From: an uncultured Eubacteriales bacterium | Lineage (GTDB): Bacteria; Acidobacteriota; Aminicenantia; Aminicenantales; Aminicenantaceae | Assembly: GCA_964347035.1 (NCBI GenBank) | Contig: CAYFXE010000001.1 | Coordinates: 48,228-112,227, forward strand | DNA length: 64,000 nucleotides | Reading direction: 5' to 3' | Shown here: one piece after another, positions 19,478 through 29,452 of the stretch | Layout of the letters: the number at the start of each line of letters is the position of its first letter | How positions within the stretch are numbered: the stretch's first letter is position 1 | Program-made: the position numbers and the translations under genes | The notes under the pieces: model-generated | Databases searched by the model: none | Told to the model about the DNA's origin: nothing | What the model saw: the letters and a program-made list of their open reading frames with translations, nothing else

Positions 19478-20848
19478 TCAAGAGTCTGCTAACCTCTTGA
19501 TGACCGTCTCGACGGTATGTTCAACTTCTTTTTTTATGGCCGCCAAGTCTCCTTGGGTGATCGCCTCGAAACGCAGCACCAGGTTTTCCTGGGTATTCGA
19601 GGCTCGAACCAGAGCCCAACCCGTCGGGAAGTTTGCCCTGACACCGTCTATGTCGATAATAGGATATTTTTGAGAAAGTTCTTTCTTGACCTCTTCGACG
19701 ATCTTGAACTTAATTTGATCAGAGGCATAGACTCTGATTTCGGGGGTATGGTACATCTGAGGAAGATCAGAGAGCATCTGGGAAAGCTTTTTTTCGGATC
19801 GAGAAACAATTTCCAGGAGTCGGGCCGAAGAATAGATCGCATCGTCAAACCCGAAATACCTGTCTGCAAAGAAGATATGGCCGCTCATTTCTCCAGCCAG
19901 GAGAGCTTTTTCTTCCTTGATTTTTTTCTTGATCAGAGAATGCCCTGTCTTCCACATCACCGGCCGACCGCCTAATTTTTGAATTTCATCATACAGAAGC
20001 TTGGAAGCTTTGACTTCGGAAATAACCGGGGCACCTGGATTGGCGGGAAGGATATCTCGAGCAAAGATGATCATCAGCTGATCTCCCCAAATAATATTCC
20101 CCTCGTCATCTATTATCCCTATCCTATCGCCATCTCCGTCATAGGCTATTCCTAAATCTGCCTGTGTTTCCGCCACTTTTTGGATGAGGTCCTGAAGGGC
20201 TTCGGGCAGAGTCGGGTCAGGATGATGGTTGGGAAAGGTTCCATCCATCTCACAATAGAGTTCCACGACTTCGCAACCCAATTTTTTGAATATCGGGGAG
20301 GCCACAAAACCTGCCGTGCCGTTTCCGGCGTCAACGATAATTTTTAATTTTTTATCCAGTTTGATGTCTTTAAGGATGAACTCTTCATATTCTGGGATGA
20401 TGTTGTAGCTTGTTTTAGAGTCGCTCTCCTGTTCGACAAATTGGCCATTCTTGATAATGGAATATATTTCTTGGATAGTGGGTCCGTAAAGAGTTTCTTC
20501 CCCCACCATAATCTTGAAGCCGTTGTATTCGGGCGGATTATGGGATCCAGTGATTATGACTCCGGCCTCCTTCTGCTTGTAGTACATGGCGAAATACAGG
20601 GGAGGCGTGGGGATGATCCCCAAGTCGACAACAGCACAACCAGTCGAGAGAAGACCCTTGGTTAGAATATCGGCGAAAGCTGGCGAGCTGAGGCGGCAGT
20701 CTCTCCCCAGTACCACTTCTTTTCTGTCGCGTTGCCGAATATAAGTGCCTATGCCCTTCGCGAGCCACTCGACTGTTTCTGGGGTGAGGTCTTTATCCAC
20801 GGTTCCCCTGATATCGTATTGTCTGAATATGTCTGGGTTGATGTTCAC
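19478..20848 (-). CDS. Phosphomannomutase / phosphoglucomutase
   Basis: Active-site loop TGSHNPPEYNGFK, Mg-binding DGDGDR, 456 aa. Confidence 0.85.
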   Translation of the reverse strand: MNINPDIFRQYDIRGTVDKDLTPETVEWLAKGIGTYIRQRDRKEVVLGRDCRLSSPAFADILTKGLLSTGCAVVDLGIIPTPPLYFAMYYKQKEAGVIITGSHNPPEYNGFKIMVGEETLYGPTIQEIYSIIKNGQFVEQESDSKTSYNIIPEYEEFILKDIKLDKKLKIIVDAGNGTAGFVASPIFKKLGCEVVELYCEMDGTFPNHHPDPTLPEALQDLIQKVAETQADLGIAYDGDGDRIGIIDDEGNIIWGDQLMIIFARDILPANPGAPVISEVKASKLLYDEIQKLGGRPVMWKTGHSLIKKKIKEEKALLAGEMSGHIFFADRYFGFDDAIYSSARLLEIVSRSEKKLSQMLSDLPQMYHTPEIRVYASDQIKFKIVEEVKKELSQKYPIIDIDGVRANFPTGWALVRASNTQENLVLRFEAITQGDLAAIKKEVEHTVETVIKRLADS

Positions 20849-20892
20849 GTTTTTCCTCCTCGATCAGCGGAGGCCATTACCCTCTTCGCTGT

Positions 20893-21465
20893 CTAGGGAT
20901 TATGATCAGGTTTTCCCTTTTTCGAAATATCTCTCAAATCTGCGAGATTCCTGAAGTTTGCCTCGACAGTGCTCCATTTGTCCTGAGATTCGAGGATAAA
21001 TTCGATGAATTCGCGCACAGCTCCTTTCCCCCCGGGCTGGGAACAGATAAAGTGACTCTGTTTTTTGACCTCTGGGTGAGCATCAGCCACGGCTCCTGCT
21101 AGACCTGCGGAGCGGATTACGGTCAAATCTCCCAGGTCGTCTCCGATATAGGCAATCTGTTCAGGATTCAGTTGGTATTTTTCCAAAATTTCATCCAAGC
21201 TATTTTTCTTATCAAGAATCCCTTGGTGAAGTTCATCGATTCTGAGCTTTTCGGCCCTTTTTTCCAGGGATTTTGAGGATTTTCCCGTGATGATTCCCGT
21301 CTTCAGACCGGCTAAATGAGCCAAGATAATTCCTGTGCCGTCTCTGACATTATAGGTTTTAAGCTCTTCCCCATCCGGGAGAATCAGAAGAGTGCCGTCA
21401 GTGAGAGTGCCGTCCACATCCATCAGGATCATTTTTATTTTTCGGGCTCTGTCTTTGTTGGTCAT
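20893..21465 (-). CDS. kdsC: Kdo-8-phosphate phosphatase (HAD)
   Basis: IKMILMDVDGTLTDG...GDDLGD motifs, 190 aa; lies within the kds cluster. Confidence 0.8.
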   Translation of the reverse strand: MTNKDRARKIKMILMDVDGTLTDGTLLILPDGEELKTYNVRDGTGIILAHLAGLKTGIITGKSSKSLEKRAEKLRIDELHQGILDKKNSLDEILEKYQLNPEQIAYIGDDLGDLTVIRSAGLAGAVADAHPEVKKQSHFICSQPGGKGAVREFIEFILESQDKWSTVEANFRNLADLRDISKKGKPDHNP

Positions 21466-22481
21466 CAGAACATCTCTGTTCGCCAGAGGTCATGAAGGTG
21501 GATGATTCCTTCGATTTTTCCCTTTTTGCTCTTGACAATAAGAGAGGTGATTTTGTTCTCCTCCATGATGTTGAGTGCCTCCGTGGCTAAATCATCTCTA
21601 TCGATGGTCTTGGGATCGGGTGTCATACAATCCTCAGCGGTCTTTTCGAGGAAATTTTTTCTGTATTTTTGAACCATCCTTCTCAGGTCGCCGTCAGTGA
21701 TGATGCCCATAAGGGTTCCGTCTTCCTGAATGACACAGGTCATACCGAATTTTTTCCGGCTCATTTCCTCCAGAACATTCCTCATCAGGGTGTCTTTTTT
21801 AACGCGGGGAATCTGGCGGCCCTTGTGCATCAGATGGGCGACTTTCAGGAGCTTCTTACCTGCCTGCCCTTTGGGATGAAAAAAGACAAAGTCTTTTGCC
21901 CCGAATCCTTTTTTCTTCATCAAGGCAATGGCGATCGCGTCTCCCAGGGCTAAGGCGGCGGTGGAGCTCGATGTTGGAATCATGAATGATGGTTCTGCTT
22001 CCCTTTCCACTTTGGCCTCGAGGACAATATCGCTGTATTCGGCCAGCCTGGAATGCTTGTCCCCGGTAATACTTATGAGTTTGACACCGATTCTTTTGAC
22101 GAATTCCAAAAGGTCAACAAGTTCTCGGGTTTCTCCGCTGTAAGAAATGGCTATAAGGATATCATCCTTGAGAATCATACCGAGATCCCCGTGCCCGGCT
22201 TCAGCGGGATGGATGAAGATGGACGGAGTTCCGCAGCTGGCTAAAGTGGCGGCGATCTTGCGGCCAACAAGACCTGACTTGCCCATGCCGGTGACAATCA
22301 CTCGCGAGTTTGAACTATAGATGAGCTCGACAGCTCTAGAAAAATTTTCGTCCAGGGTGGAGGCCAGAGATTCAACGGCCTTGGCTTCTATGTTCAAAAC
22401 CTCTTTACCGGTTTGAAGGATTTCATCTTTTTTCATTGTCTCGCTCTTTCTTAGAAGGGATCTTGGTTTGTATCCCTCCAC
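21465..22481 (-). CDS. kdsD: Arabinose-5-phosphate isomerase (SIS + CBS pair)
   Basis: SIS motif VIVTGMGKSG and tandem C-terminal CBS domains. Confidence 0.85.
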   Translation of the reverse strand: MEGYKPRSLLRKSETMKKDEILQTGKEVLNIEAKAVESLASTLDENFSRAVELIYSSNSRVIVTGMGKSGLVGRKIAATLASCGTPSIFIHPAEAGHGDLGMILKDDILIAISYSGETRELVDLLEFVKRIGVKLISITGDKHSRLAEYSDIVLEAKVEREAEPSFMIPTSSSTAALALGDAIAIALMKKKGFGAKDFVFFHPKGQAGKKLLKVAHLMHKGRQIPRVKKDTLMRNVLEEMSRKKFGMTCVIQEDGTLMGIITDGDLRRMVQKYRKNFLEKTAEDCMTPDPKTIDRDDLATEALNIMEENKITSLIVKSKKGKIEGIIHLHDLWRTEMF

Positions 22482-23299
22482 TTTTTAAGGGCTAGGATGG
22501 AAGCTAGGAGGGGATTGAGGTTATCTAGACTTAGGGCGTTGAGCTTGTCCGATAAGGCCTCTCCGGGATTGTGATGGACTTCCAAGAAGAGCCCATCCGC
22601 TCCTACGCTGACTCCCGCATAAGCGATCGAGGGGATAAATTCAGCCTCTCCCCCTGAATAGATTCCTTCTCCTCCGGGTTTTTGGACACTATGGGAGGCG
22701 TCTATGACCACTGGAAAACCCCATTTTTTCATGATCGGGATGGAACGGACATCGAAAACCAAATTGTTGTATCCAAAGGAAGTTCCTCGCTCGGTAATGA
22801 TGATTTTTTCGTTTCCTTGGTTTAAAGCTTTATCAATGACATTCTGCATATCATAGGGAGAGAGAAACTGTCCCTTTTTGATATTCACCGTTTTTCTTGT
22901 TTTTGCGGCTTCGACGATGAGGTCGGTCTGACGGCTGAGGAAAGCCGGGATCTGGATCACATCCAGCACCTGAGCGGCTGTCTCGATCTGTGAAGTCTCA
23001 TGAACGTCAGAAAGCACAGGGATGTTCAACTCCTCTTTTATTTGCCTGAGAATATCCAACCCCTTTTCGAGGCCTGGTCCGCGGAAAGAATGGAGGGAGG
23101 AACGGTTGGCCTTGTCGTAGGACGCTTTGAAAATAAGCGAAATCGGGAGGTCTTCGCATATTTTTTTTATCTCTTTGGCCATCAGAAAGGCATGATTTTG
23201 GCCTTCTATGACACAGGGGCCTGCAATCAAGAAGAAAGGATTCTCCCCTCCGATCTTGATTTTTTTATTAATGTTTATTTCTCTTACGGCGATGGGCAT
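22451..23299 (-). CDS. kdsA: 2-dehydro-3-deoxyphosphooctonate aldolase (Kdo-8-P synthase)
   Basis: FFLIAGPCVIEG...ASYDKANRSS... motifs. The ORF-track N-terminal extension overlaps pyrG, so the start is placed at MPIAVREIN (23299). Confidence 0.8.
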   Translation of the reverse strand: MPIAVREININKKIKIGGENPFFLIAGPCVIEGQNHAFLMAKEIKKICEDLPISLIFKASYDKANRSSLHSFRGPGLEKGLDILRQIKEELNIPVLSDVHETSQIETAAQVLDVIQIPAFLSRQTDLIVEAAKTRKTVNIKKGQFLSPYDMQNVIDKALNQGNEKIIITERGTSFGYNNLVFDVRSIPIMKKWGFPVVIDASHSVQKPGGEGIYSGGEAEFIPSIAYAGVSVGADGLFLEVHHNPGEALSDKLNALSLDNLNPLLASILALKKWRDTNQDPF

Positions 23300-24878
23300 A
23301 GCTTGCTCCGATAAAGGCTTTGAAGAGCGGATGAGGCTTGAGCGGCTTTGATTTGAACTCCGGATGATACTGACATCCCAGAAACCATGGATGGTTCTTG
23401 ATCTCCATGATTTCAACCAAACCGTAATCAGGATTCTTCCCCGAGATGACCAGACCAGCTCTGGACAGAGCCTCCTCGTATTCTGGGTTGAACTCATAGC
23501 GGTGGCGGTGTCGTTCGTAGATATTCACTTTTCTGTAGGCTTTCTCGGCAAAAGATCCTTTATGGAGGCGACACTGGTATTCACCCAGTCTCATGGTGCC
23601 TCCCAACTTTTTAATGCCTTTAAGCTCTCTCCATTTGAAGAAAATCCTATGGGGAGTTTTGGAATTAAACTCTGTGCTGTTAGCCCCCTTGAGACCGGCT
23701 ATTTTTCTGGCAAATTCGATGGTTGCGCATTGCATACCAAGACAGATTCCGAAGTAAGGAATTTTGTGCTCTCGGGCAAATGTGACGGCCTTGATTTTTC
23801 CCTCTATTCCCCGGATACCAAAACCTCCGGGAACAAGAATGCCATCGGCTTTTCCCAGGACTGCTTCCGTCTTTTTCTTCTCCATATCCTCGGCTTCGAC
23901 CCAGGAAAGATTGAGTCTTAATTTGTGATGAGTGGCTGCATGGATGAGGGCTTGAGTCAAGCTTATGTAAGAGTCATGGAGACCGGCATACTTTCCCACC
24001 AAAGCGATGGTCACTTCATCTGCAGGATTCTTCATCCTCTCGACCATCTTCTTCCACTGACTGAGGCGGCGTCTTCGCGGAGCAAAGTTCAATTGTTTAA
24101 GGATGATGTTATCCAGCTTTTCTTGGGCAAATATAAGGGGAATCTCGTAAATATTATCCACATCTTTGGCTGCGATCACCGCATCTAGGGAGACATTAGT
24201 AAAGAGAGAGATTTTCGCTTTGATATCATCGCTAAGAAACCTATCGGTTCGGCAGAGGATGATATCAGGCTGAATCCCGATTGCCCGTAGCTCTCGGACG
24301 CTGTGTTGGGTGGGTTTTGTCTTGAGTTCTCCAGAGGTTTTTATGTAGGGAACTAAAGTCAGATGAATAAACAGAGAGTTCTCTGTTCCTAGGGTAAGCC
24401 GCATCTGTCGTATGGCCTCGAGAAAGGGCTGACTTTCTATATCCCCGACCGTGCCCCCGATCTCGACGATGACGATGTCATTCTCGTCGGCCACAGAGTA
24501 GAAGGCATTTTTGATTTCGTCTGTAACATGAGGAATAACCTGAACGGTTTTTCCGAGGAAATCTCCCATCCTTTCCTTTTTAATGATGTTTTCGTAGATT
24601 TTACCAGCAGTCCAGTTGTTAGCCTTTGTCGTCTGAGTCGAGGTGAATCGTTCATAATGGCCCAAATCTAGGTCTGTTTCGGCTCCGTCATCTGTCACAT
24701 AGACTTCTCCGTGTTGGAAGGGATTCATGGTTCCCGGATCCACATTTAGGTAGGGATCAAACTTTTGGAGGGTGATGCGGTAGCCGTGGCTTTCCAAAAG
24801 ACGCCCGATAGAAGCGGCCGCAATGCCTTTGCCTAAGGCAGAGAGCACTCCTCCGGTGATAAAAATGAATTTACTCAT
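23268..24878 (-). CDS. pyrG: CTP synthase
   Basis: MSKFIFITGGVLSALGKGI... N-terminus and C-terminal glutamine amidotransferase (GICLGMQ), 536 aa. Confidence 0.9.
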   Translation of the reverse strand: MSKFIFITGGVLSALGKGIAAASIGRLLESHGYRITLQKFDPYLNVDPGTMNPFQHGEVYVTDDGAETDLDLGHYERFTSTQTTKANNWTAGKIYENIIKKERMGDFLGKTVQVIPHVTDEIKNAFYSVADENDIVIVEIGGTVGDIESQPFLEAIRQMRLTLGTENSLFIHLTLVPYIKTSGELKTKPTQHSVRELRAIGIQPDIILCRTDRFLSDDIKAKISLFTNVSLDAVIAAKDVDNIYEIPLIFAQEKLDNIILKQLNFAPRRRRLSQWKKMVERMKNPADEVTIALVGKYAGLHDSYISLTQALIHAATHHKLRLNLSWVEAEDMEKKKTEAVLGKADGILVPGGFGIRGIEGKIKAVTFAREHKIPYFGICLGMQCATIEFARKIAGLKGANSTEFNSKTPHRIFFKWRELKGIKKLGGTMRLGEYQCRLHKGSFAEKAYRKVNIYERHRHRYEFNPEYEEALSRAGLVISGKNPDYGLVEIMEIKNHPWFLGCQYHPEFKSKPLKPHPLFKAFIGASYAHRRKRNKH

Positions 24879-25596
24879 CCTGGTGTTTTCTCAAGAAATT
24901 TTCAACCCTGATTATATCCTCAGGGGAGTCCACGCTCAAGGAGGGAAATGAAGATTCTATGACTTTTATCTGGTATCCGTTTTCAAGAGCTCTGAGCTGT
25001 TCGAGTTTTTCTGACTCCTCCAGCCGAGAAGAAGGCATCTTTCGTAATTTCATCAAGAAATCCTTCTGATAACCGTAAACACCGACGTGCTGTAGGAAAT
25101 AGTCATTCGCCTGGAAAGGTAAAGGAGAGCGAGAAAAATACAGGGCATCACCCTCCTTGTTGACCACCACTTTGACCGTGTTTTGATCGTTGAAGCGGCC
25201 GAAGTCAGTGGCCCGGACTGCCAGGGTAGCCATCGGTATGGATTCGTCTTGAAGGGTGGTGACCAATTCATCGATCATATCCGCCTGGATAAGGGGTTCA
25301 TCTCCTTGGACGTTGAGGACAATAGGTGTATTTAACTTCTCTGCTACTTCCGCTACCCTTTCCGTTCCCGAGTTGTGGTCAGGCGAAGTCATCCAGGCCT
25401 CAGCCCCGAATCCTCTGCAGGTCTCCAAGATCCGTTCATCATCGGTCGCAATGATTAGACGTGCTAGGGATTTGGATTGGCTGGCGTGTTCATAGACTCT
25501 CTGAATCAAATGTTTACCCTGGATGAGGGCCAGCATTTTCCCTGGAAATCGAAGAGACTGATAGCGAGCAGGGATAATCCCTGTGGCTCTTCTCAA
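24871..25596 (-). CDS. kdsB: 3-deoxy-manno-octulosonate cytidylyltransferase (CMP-Kdo synthetase)
   Basis: IIPARYQSLRFPGK... N-terminus, 241 aa. Confidence 0.85.
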   Translation of the reverse strand: MRRATGIIPARYQSLRFPGKMLALIQGKHLIQRVYEHASQSKSLARLIIATDDERILETCRGFGAEAWMTSPDHNSGTERVAEVAEKLNTPIVLNVQGDEPLIQADMIDELVTTLQDESIPMATLAVRATDFGRFNDQNTVKVVVNKEGDALYFSRSPLPFQANDYFLQHVGVYGYQKDFLMKLRKMPSSRLEESEKLEQLRALENGYQIKVIESSFPSLSVDSPEDIIRVENFLRKHQDE

Positions 25597-25991
25597 GGTT
25601 GTGGTCCTTCTAGTATCTTTTTTTCTGGCACAATCTGGGGAGCCTTATCTGTCGTCTGGCAGTTGGCCTCGAGATAAGCTCCTTCCTCCACCGTCAGTTT
25701 CGGGGTGACGATTGTTCCGGTGACTCGACCGTTGGCGTGAATTTCGACCTTCTCCCGGGCTTGAACATTGCCCTTAATTTCTCCGTTTATGATGAGGTGT
25801 CCGACTTTGATGTCCGCTTCCACTCTTCCGTGCTCGCCGATGATAAGGGTGGATTCAGAATCGATTTTTCCCTTGAATCGGCCGTCTATACGGAAAGATC
25901 CTTTGAAGATTAAATCCCCTTTAAATTCTGTTCCTTTGTCGTAAAAACCAGTAATCTTTGTGTCGTCTATGTCTTTTCTTTTTTCTTTCAT
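25593..25991 (-). CDS. Bactofilin (DUF583/CcmA-type cytoskeletal protein)
   Basis: Repetitive beta-helical pattern (GSFRIDGRFKGKIDSESTLIIGEHGRVEADIKVGHLIINGEIKGNV...), 132 aa. Sits 3 bp after parB and overlaps kdsB by 4 bp. Confidence 0.75.
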   Translation of the reverse strand: MKEKRKDIDDTKITGFYDKGTEFKGDLIFKGSFRIDGRFKGKIDSESTLIIGEHGRVEADIKVGHLIINGEIKGNVQAREKVEIHANGRVTGTIVTPKLTVEEGAYLEANCQTTDKAPQIVPEKKILEGPQP

Positions 25992-25993
25992 AA

Positions 25994-26836
25994 TTATTCT
26001 CCTTTGATGTGTTCATAGATTCTGTTTAGATCATCGATAGAAAAATAATAGACTTTTATCACACCCTTGTTCTGAGTTCCTGAGATGGAGACCTTTGTTC
26101 CTAAAATCTTCAGGAATTCCTCTTGGAGTGCCACCAAATCGGCATCTGTTGGTTGAGTCTCTCGAGAAGGGGATTGAGAATTTCTTTTCTGAGTTATCTT
26201 TTCGACATCACGGACCGACAGGCTGTCTCGGACAATCTGCTGGGCGAGAGAGGCTTGAAGGTTAGGATCGTCTACAGAGAGCAAAGCTCGGGCATGACCC
26301 ATCGAAAGTTTTCCTTCTCCGAGGTAATCCTGGATTTCCTTGGGGAGGCTAAGAAGACGTAGGTAGTTTGTCACCGAAGTTCTGTCTTTTCCCACCTTTT
26401 CTGCCACTTCCTCTTGGGTATAATCCAGTTCTTGAATCAATTTTTGGTAGGCTAAGGCAATCTCCAAGGGATTGAGGTCTTCCCGATGTAGGTTTTCGAT
26501 GAGAGAAGCTTCTAATTGTTTCTCCTTTGGCATGGTTCGGATGAGAACAGGAATTTTTTTGAGACCTATCTGTTGGGCAGCTCGCCATCTCCGTTCTCCG
26601 ATAATGATCCGGTAAAAATCTCCTTCAGGGACAGCGATGACCGGCTGGAGCACACCAGACTCCTTGATAGAACGCGCCAGTTCCTGTATGGATTCACGAC
26701 TGAAAGCCAATCTCGGTTGAATCGGATTGGGCTTGAGCTTGTCGATATCTAAATCAGCGTAGCTGTCTTCCTTTAAAATTCCGTATTCTTCTGGGATGAA
26801 GGCTTTTAATCCCTTTCCCAATGCTTTCTTTTTCAT
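25994..26836 (-). CDS. parB: Chromosome partitioning protein ParB
   Basis: ParB box (GERRWRAA) and HTH region, 280 aa, downstream of parA. Confidence 0.9.
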   Translation of the reverse strand: MKKKALGKGLKAFIPEEYGILKEDSYADLDIDKLKPNPIQPRLAFSRESIQELARSIKESGVLQPVIAVPEGDFYRIIIGERRWRAAQQIGLKKIPVLIRTMPKEKQLEASLIENLHREDLNPLEIALAYQKLIQELDYTQEEVAEKVGKDRTSVTNYLRLLSLPKEIQDYLGEGKLSMGHARALLSVDDPNLQASLAQQIVRDSLSVRDVEKITQKRNSQSPSRETQPTDADLVALQEEFLKILGTKVSISGTQNKGVIKVYYFSIDDLNRIYEHIKGE

Positions 26837-27588
26837 TTCTTTAATATCTCCAGAGCTAAATCTAGATATGCCTGAGCCCCCTTGGATTTAATATCGTAGA
26901 GAAGTATTGGCTTGCCAAAACTAGGTGCCTCAGCCAATCTTACGTTGCGAGGAATCACAGCCTTATATGTATTCTCCTCGAGGGAGCATCTGACCTCTTG
27001 AGCAACCTGTTTGGAGAGGTTTGTCCTCTCATCATACATGGTGAGCAATATCCCTTCAAGAGCCAAGGAGGAATTAAGGTAAGTGCGTACTTCATCAAAG
27101 ACACGAAAAAGCTCTGGGATTCCTTCCATCGAGAGAAATTCGCACTGAACTGGCACCAAAACCGAATCAGCGGCCGTCAAGGCATTGAGAGTGAGGAATC
27201 CCAAGGAGGGAGGACAATCGATGATGATGAAGTGGAAAAACTTTCTAATTCTCTCCAGAGCCGACTTGAGCCTTTTTTCTTGATTCTCCATTTCGTAAAG
27301 CTCGGCTTCGACTCCGGACAATTCTGGGGAAGAAGGGCAGATATACAGGTTATCGAGGAGAGTGGGTCGGATATAATCCATAATATACCGTCCGTCCATC
27401 AGGGCAGGGTAGATGCCCTTCTTATCCTCCTTGATCCTGCCTAGACCAGCGGAGGCCATGCCTTGGGGATCGAGATCGACAACCAAAACCCTCCGATTGT
27501 TGATGGCCAGAGAAGCGGAGAGGTTCACGGCCGTGGTCGTTTTTCCCACGCCCCCTTTCTGATTTGCGATGGCGATAATTCTATTCAT
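26833..27588 (-). CDS. parA: Chromosome partitioning ATPase ParA/Soj
   Basis: Deviant Walker [18 protein letters not shown]. Confidence 0.9.
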   Translation of the reverse strand: MNRIIAIANQKGGVGKTTTAVNLSASLAINNRRVLVVDLDPQGMASAGLGRIKEDKKGIYPALMDGRYIMDYIRPTLLDNLYICPSSPELSGVEAELYEMENQEKRLKSALERIRKFFHFIIIDCPPSLGFLTLNALTAADSVLVPVQCEFLSMEGIPELFRVFDEVRTYLNSSLALEGILLTMYDERTNLSKQVAQEVRCSLEENTYKAVIPRNVRLAEAPSFGKPILLYDIKSKGAQAYLDLALEILKK

Positions 27589-29444
27589 TTGTCCTTAAAT
27601 GTTCCACGTGGAACATTCTTACGGTTTTGGATCTTCAGATACATACTCAGGTTGACGATAGCCGCTGGAGTGATCCCCGGGATCTTCTTGGCTTCTCCGA
27701 TGGTTCGAGGACCACATTTTTTTAATTTTTCTCTTACTTCCCGAGTCAGGCCTGGAATTTCCTGAAAATCTGTCCCTGCCGGAATCCTTTCCCTATCCAT
27801 TTTTCTAATCCGGGCAATCTCTATATCCTGCCTTTTCAAGTACCCTTCGTATTTGATCTCTGATTCGATGTGACGGATTTCCTCATCGGTCAAGGTATCG
27901 TCAAATTTTCTATATTCTAACACATTTTTGAATCTGACTTCAGGTTTTTTTAGGAACTCTCTCAGGAAGATTTTTTCCTTACCAGGGAGTTTGATCTTTT
28001 CTCGCTTGAGTGAGGTCATGAGACTCTGTATTTTTTCTTGCTTCTTGAGGAATGCTTCGTAGGCATCCTGTTGGATGAGCCCCAGCTCATGTCCATATTT
28101 AGTCAATCTTTTATCCGCATTATCGATGCGAAGGAGAATCCTGTATTCTGCCCTGGAGGTGAATAGCCGATAGGGTTCTTCGATCCCTCTGGAGATGAGG
28201 TCATCGATCAGGACGCCGATGTAGGCCTCGTTCCTTCCCAGGATAAAAGGTTTTTTCTTCTTTATTTTCAAAGAAGCATTGATGCCAGCCATCAGCCCCT
28301 GGGCGGCAGCTTCTTCGTAGCCTGATGTGCCGTTGATCTGGCCAGCTAGGTAAAGGTTTTTGATGGGTTTTGTTTCTAAGGTAGGAAGGAGTTGTGTGGG
28401 CAAAACAGCATCGTATTCAATGCCGTAGGCGGGTCTCAATATTTTTGCTCGGTCCAATCCTGGGATACTCTTCAAGATGCTTTTTTGAACCTCGAAAGGA
28501 AGGCTTGAAGAGAGACCGTTGACGTAGATTTCCTCTGTTCCTACGCCTTCAGGTTCGAGGAAGAATTGATGTCGGTGATGATGGGGAAATTTAACCACTT
28601 TATCTTCTATAGAGGGACAATAGCGAATCCCTATCCCGATGATTTTCCCGCTGTAAAGGGGTGATTTATCGAGATTTTTCCTTATGATTTCGTGTGTTTT
28701 GGGTCCTGTATACCCGATGTAGCAGACGATTTTATTCTCGAGTTCTTTTTTAGTCCGGAAGGAGAAGGCAACTGGCTTTTTGTCTCCTGGCTGAGGATTG
28801 AAACGATGCCAATCTATGGTCTGGCTGTGGAGCCTCATCGGGGTCCCAGTTTTCAATCGGAATGATTTAAGGCCAAGGGTTTTAAGGTTACGACTGAGTT
28901 CAATGGCGGGGGGTTCGTTGGCTCTCCCCGCAGGATAGCTTTGAAGACCGATATGGATTAGACCATTCAGGAACGTTCCCGGAGTGAGAATGACCGCTTT
29001 GCCCAAGATTCTGTTTCCCTCTAGGGTCTTCACTCCCACAGCTTTGAAGCCTTTGGTCAGGATTTCAGTGACGATCCCTTGGAAGAGTGTCAAACGGGGA
29101 ACCTTCTCAAGCCAGTTTTTCATGGTCAACCTGTAGTGAGCCTTATCTGACTGGGCCCGCGGGGCTTGCACAGCACCGCCTCGGCTCCTGTTTAAAAGCC
29201 GGAATTGTATCCCCGTTTCATCGGCGAGAAGTCCCATAAGACCGCCTAGAGCATCAATCTCACGGACAAGATGTCCTTTGGCCAGCCCGCCAATAGCCGG
29301 ATTACAGGACATTTGAGCGATGGTTTCCAGATGAATGGTGATGAGGCAGGTTTCTAGGCCCATCCGGCTGGCAGCATGGGCAGCTTCGCAGCCGGCATGG
29401 CCGGCGCCGACGACGACGACGTCGTATTCATCCGAGGTGCTCAT
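27585..29444 (-). CDS. mnmG: tRNA uridine-5-carboxymethylaminomethyl modification enzyme MnmG (GidA)
   Basis: FAD motif [16 protein letters not shown], 619 aa. Confidence 0.9.
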   Translation of the reverse strand: MSTSDEYDVVVVGAGHAGCEAAHAASRMGLETCLITIHLETIAQMSCNPAIGGLAKGHLVREIDALGGLMGLLADETGIQFRLLNRSRGGAVQAPRAQSDKAHYRLTMKNWLEKVPRLTLFQGIVTEILTKGFKAVGVKTLEGNRILGKAVILTPGTFLNGLIHIGLQSYPAGRANEPPAIELSRNLKTLGLKSFRLKTGTPMRLHSQTIDWHRFNPQPGDKKPVAFSFRTKKELENKIVCYIGYTGPKTHEIIRKNLDKSPLYSGKIIGIGIRYCPSIEDKVVKFPHHHRHQFFLEPEGVGTEEIYVNGLSSSLPFEVQKSILKSIPGLDRAKILRPAYGIEYDAVLPTQLLPTLETKPIKNLYLAGQINGTSGYEEAAAQGLMAGINASLKIKKKKPFILGRNEAYIGVLIDDLISRGIEEPYRLFTSRAEYRILLRIDNADKRLTKYGHELGLIQQDAYEAFLKKQEKIQSLMTSLKREKIKLPGKEKIFLREFLKKPEVRFKNVLEYRKFDDTLTDEEIRHIESEIKYEGYLKRQDIEIARIRKMDRERIPAGTDFQEIPGLTREVREKLKKCGPRTIGEAKKIPGITPAAIVNLSMYLKIQNRKNVPRGTFKDK

Positions 29445-29452
29445 GGCTCATC

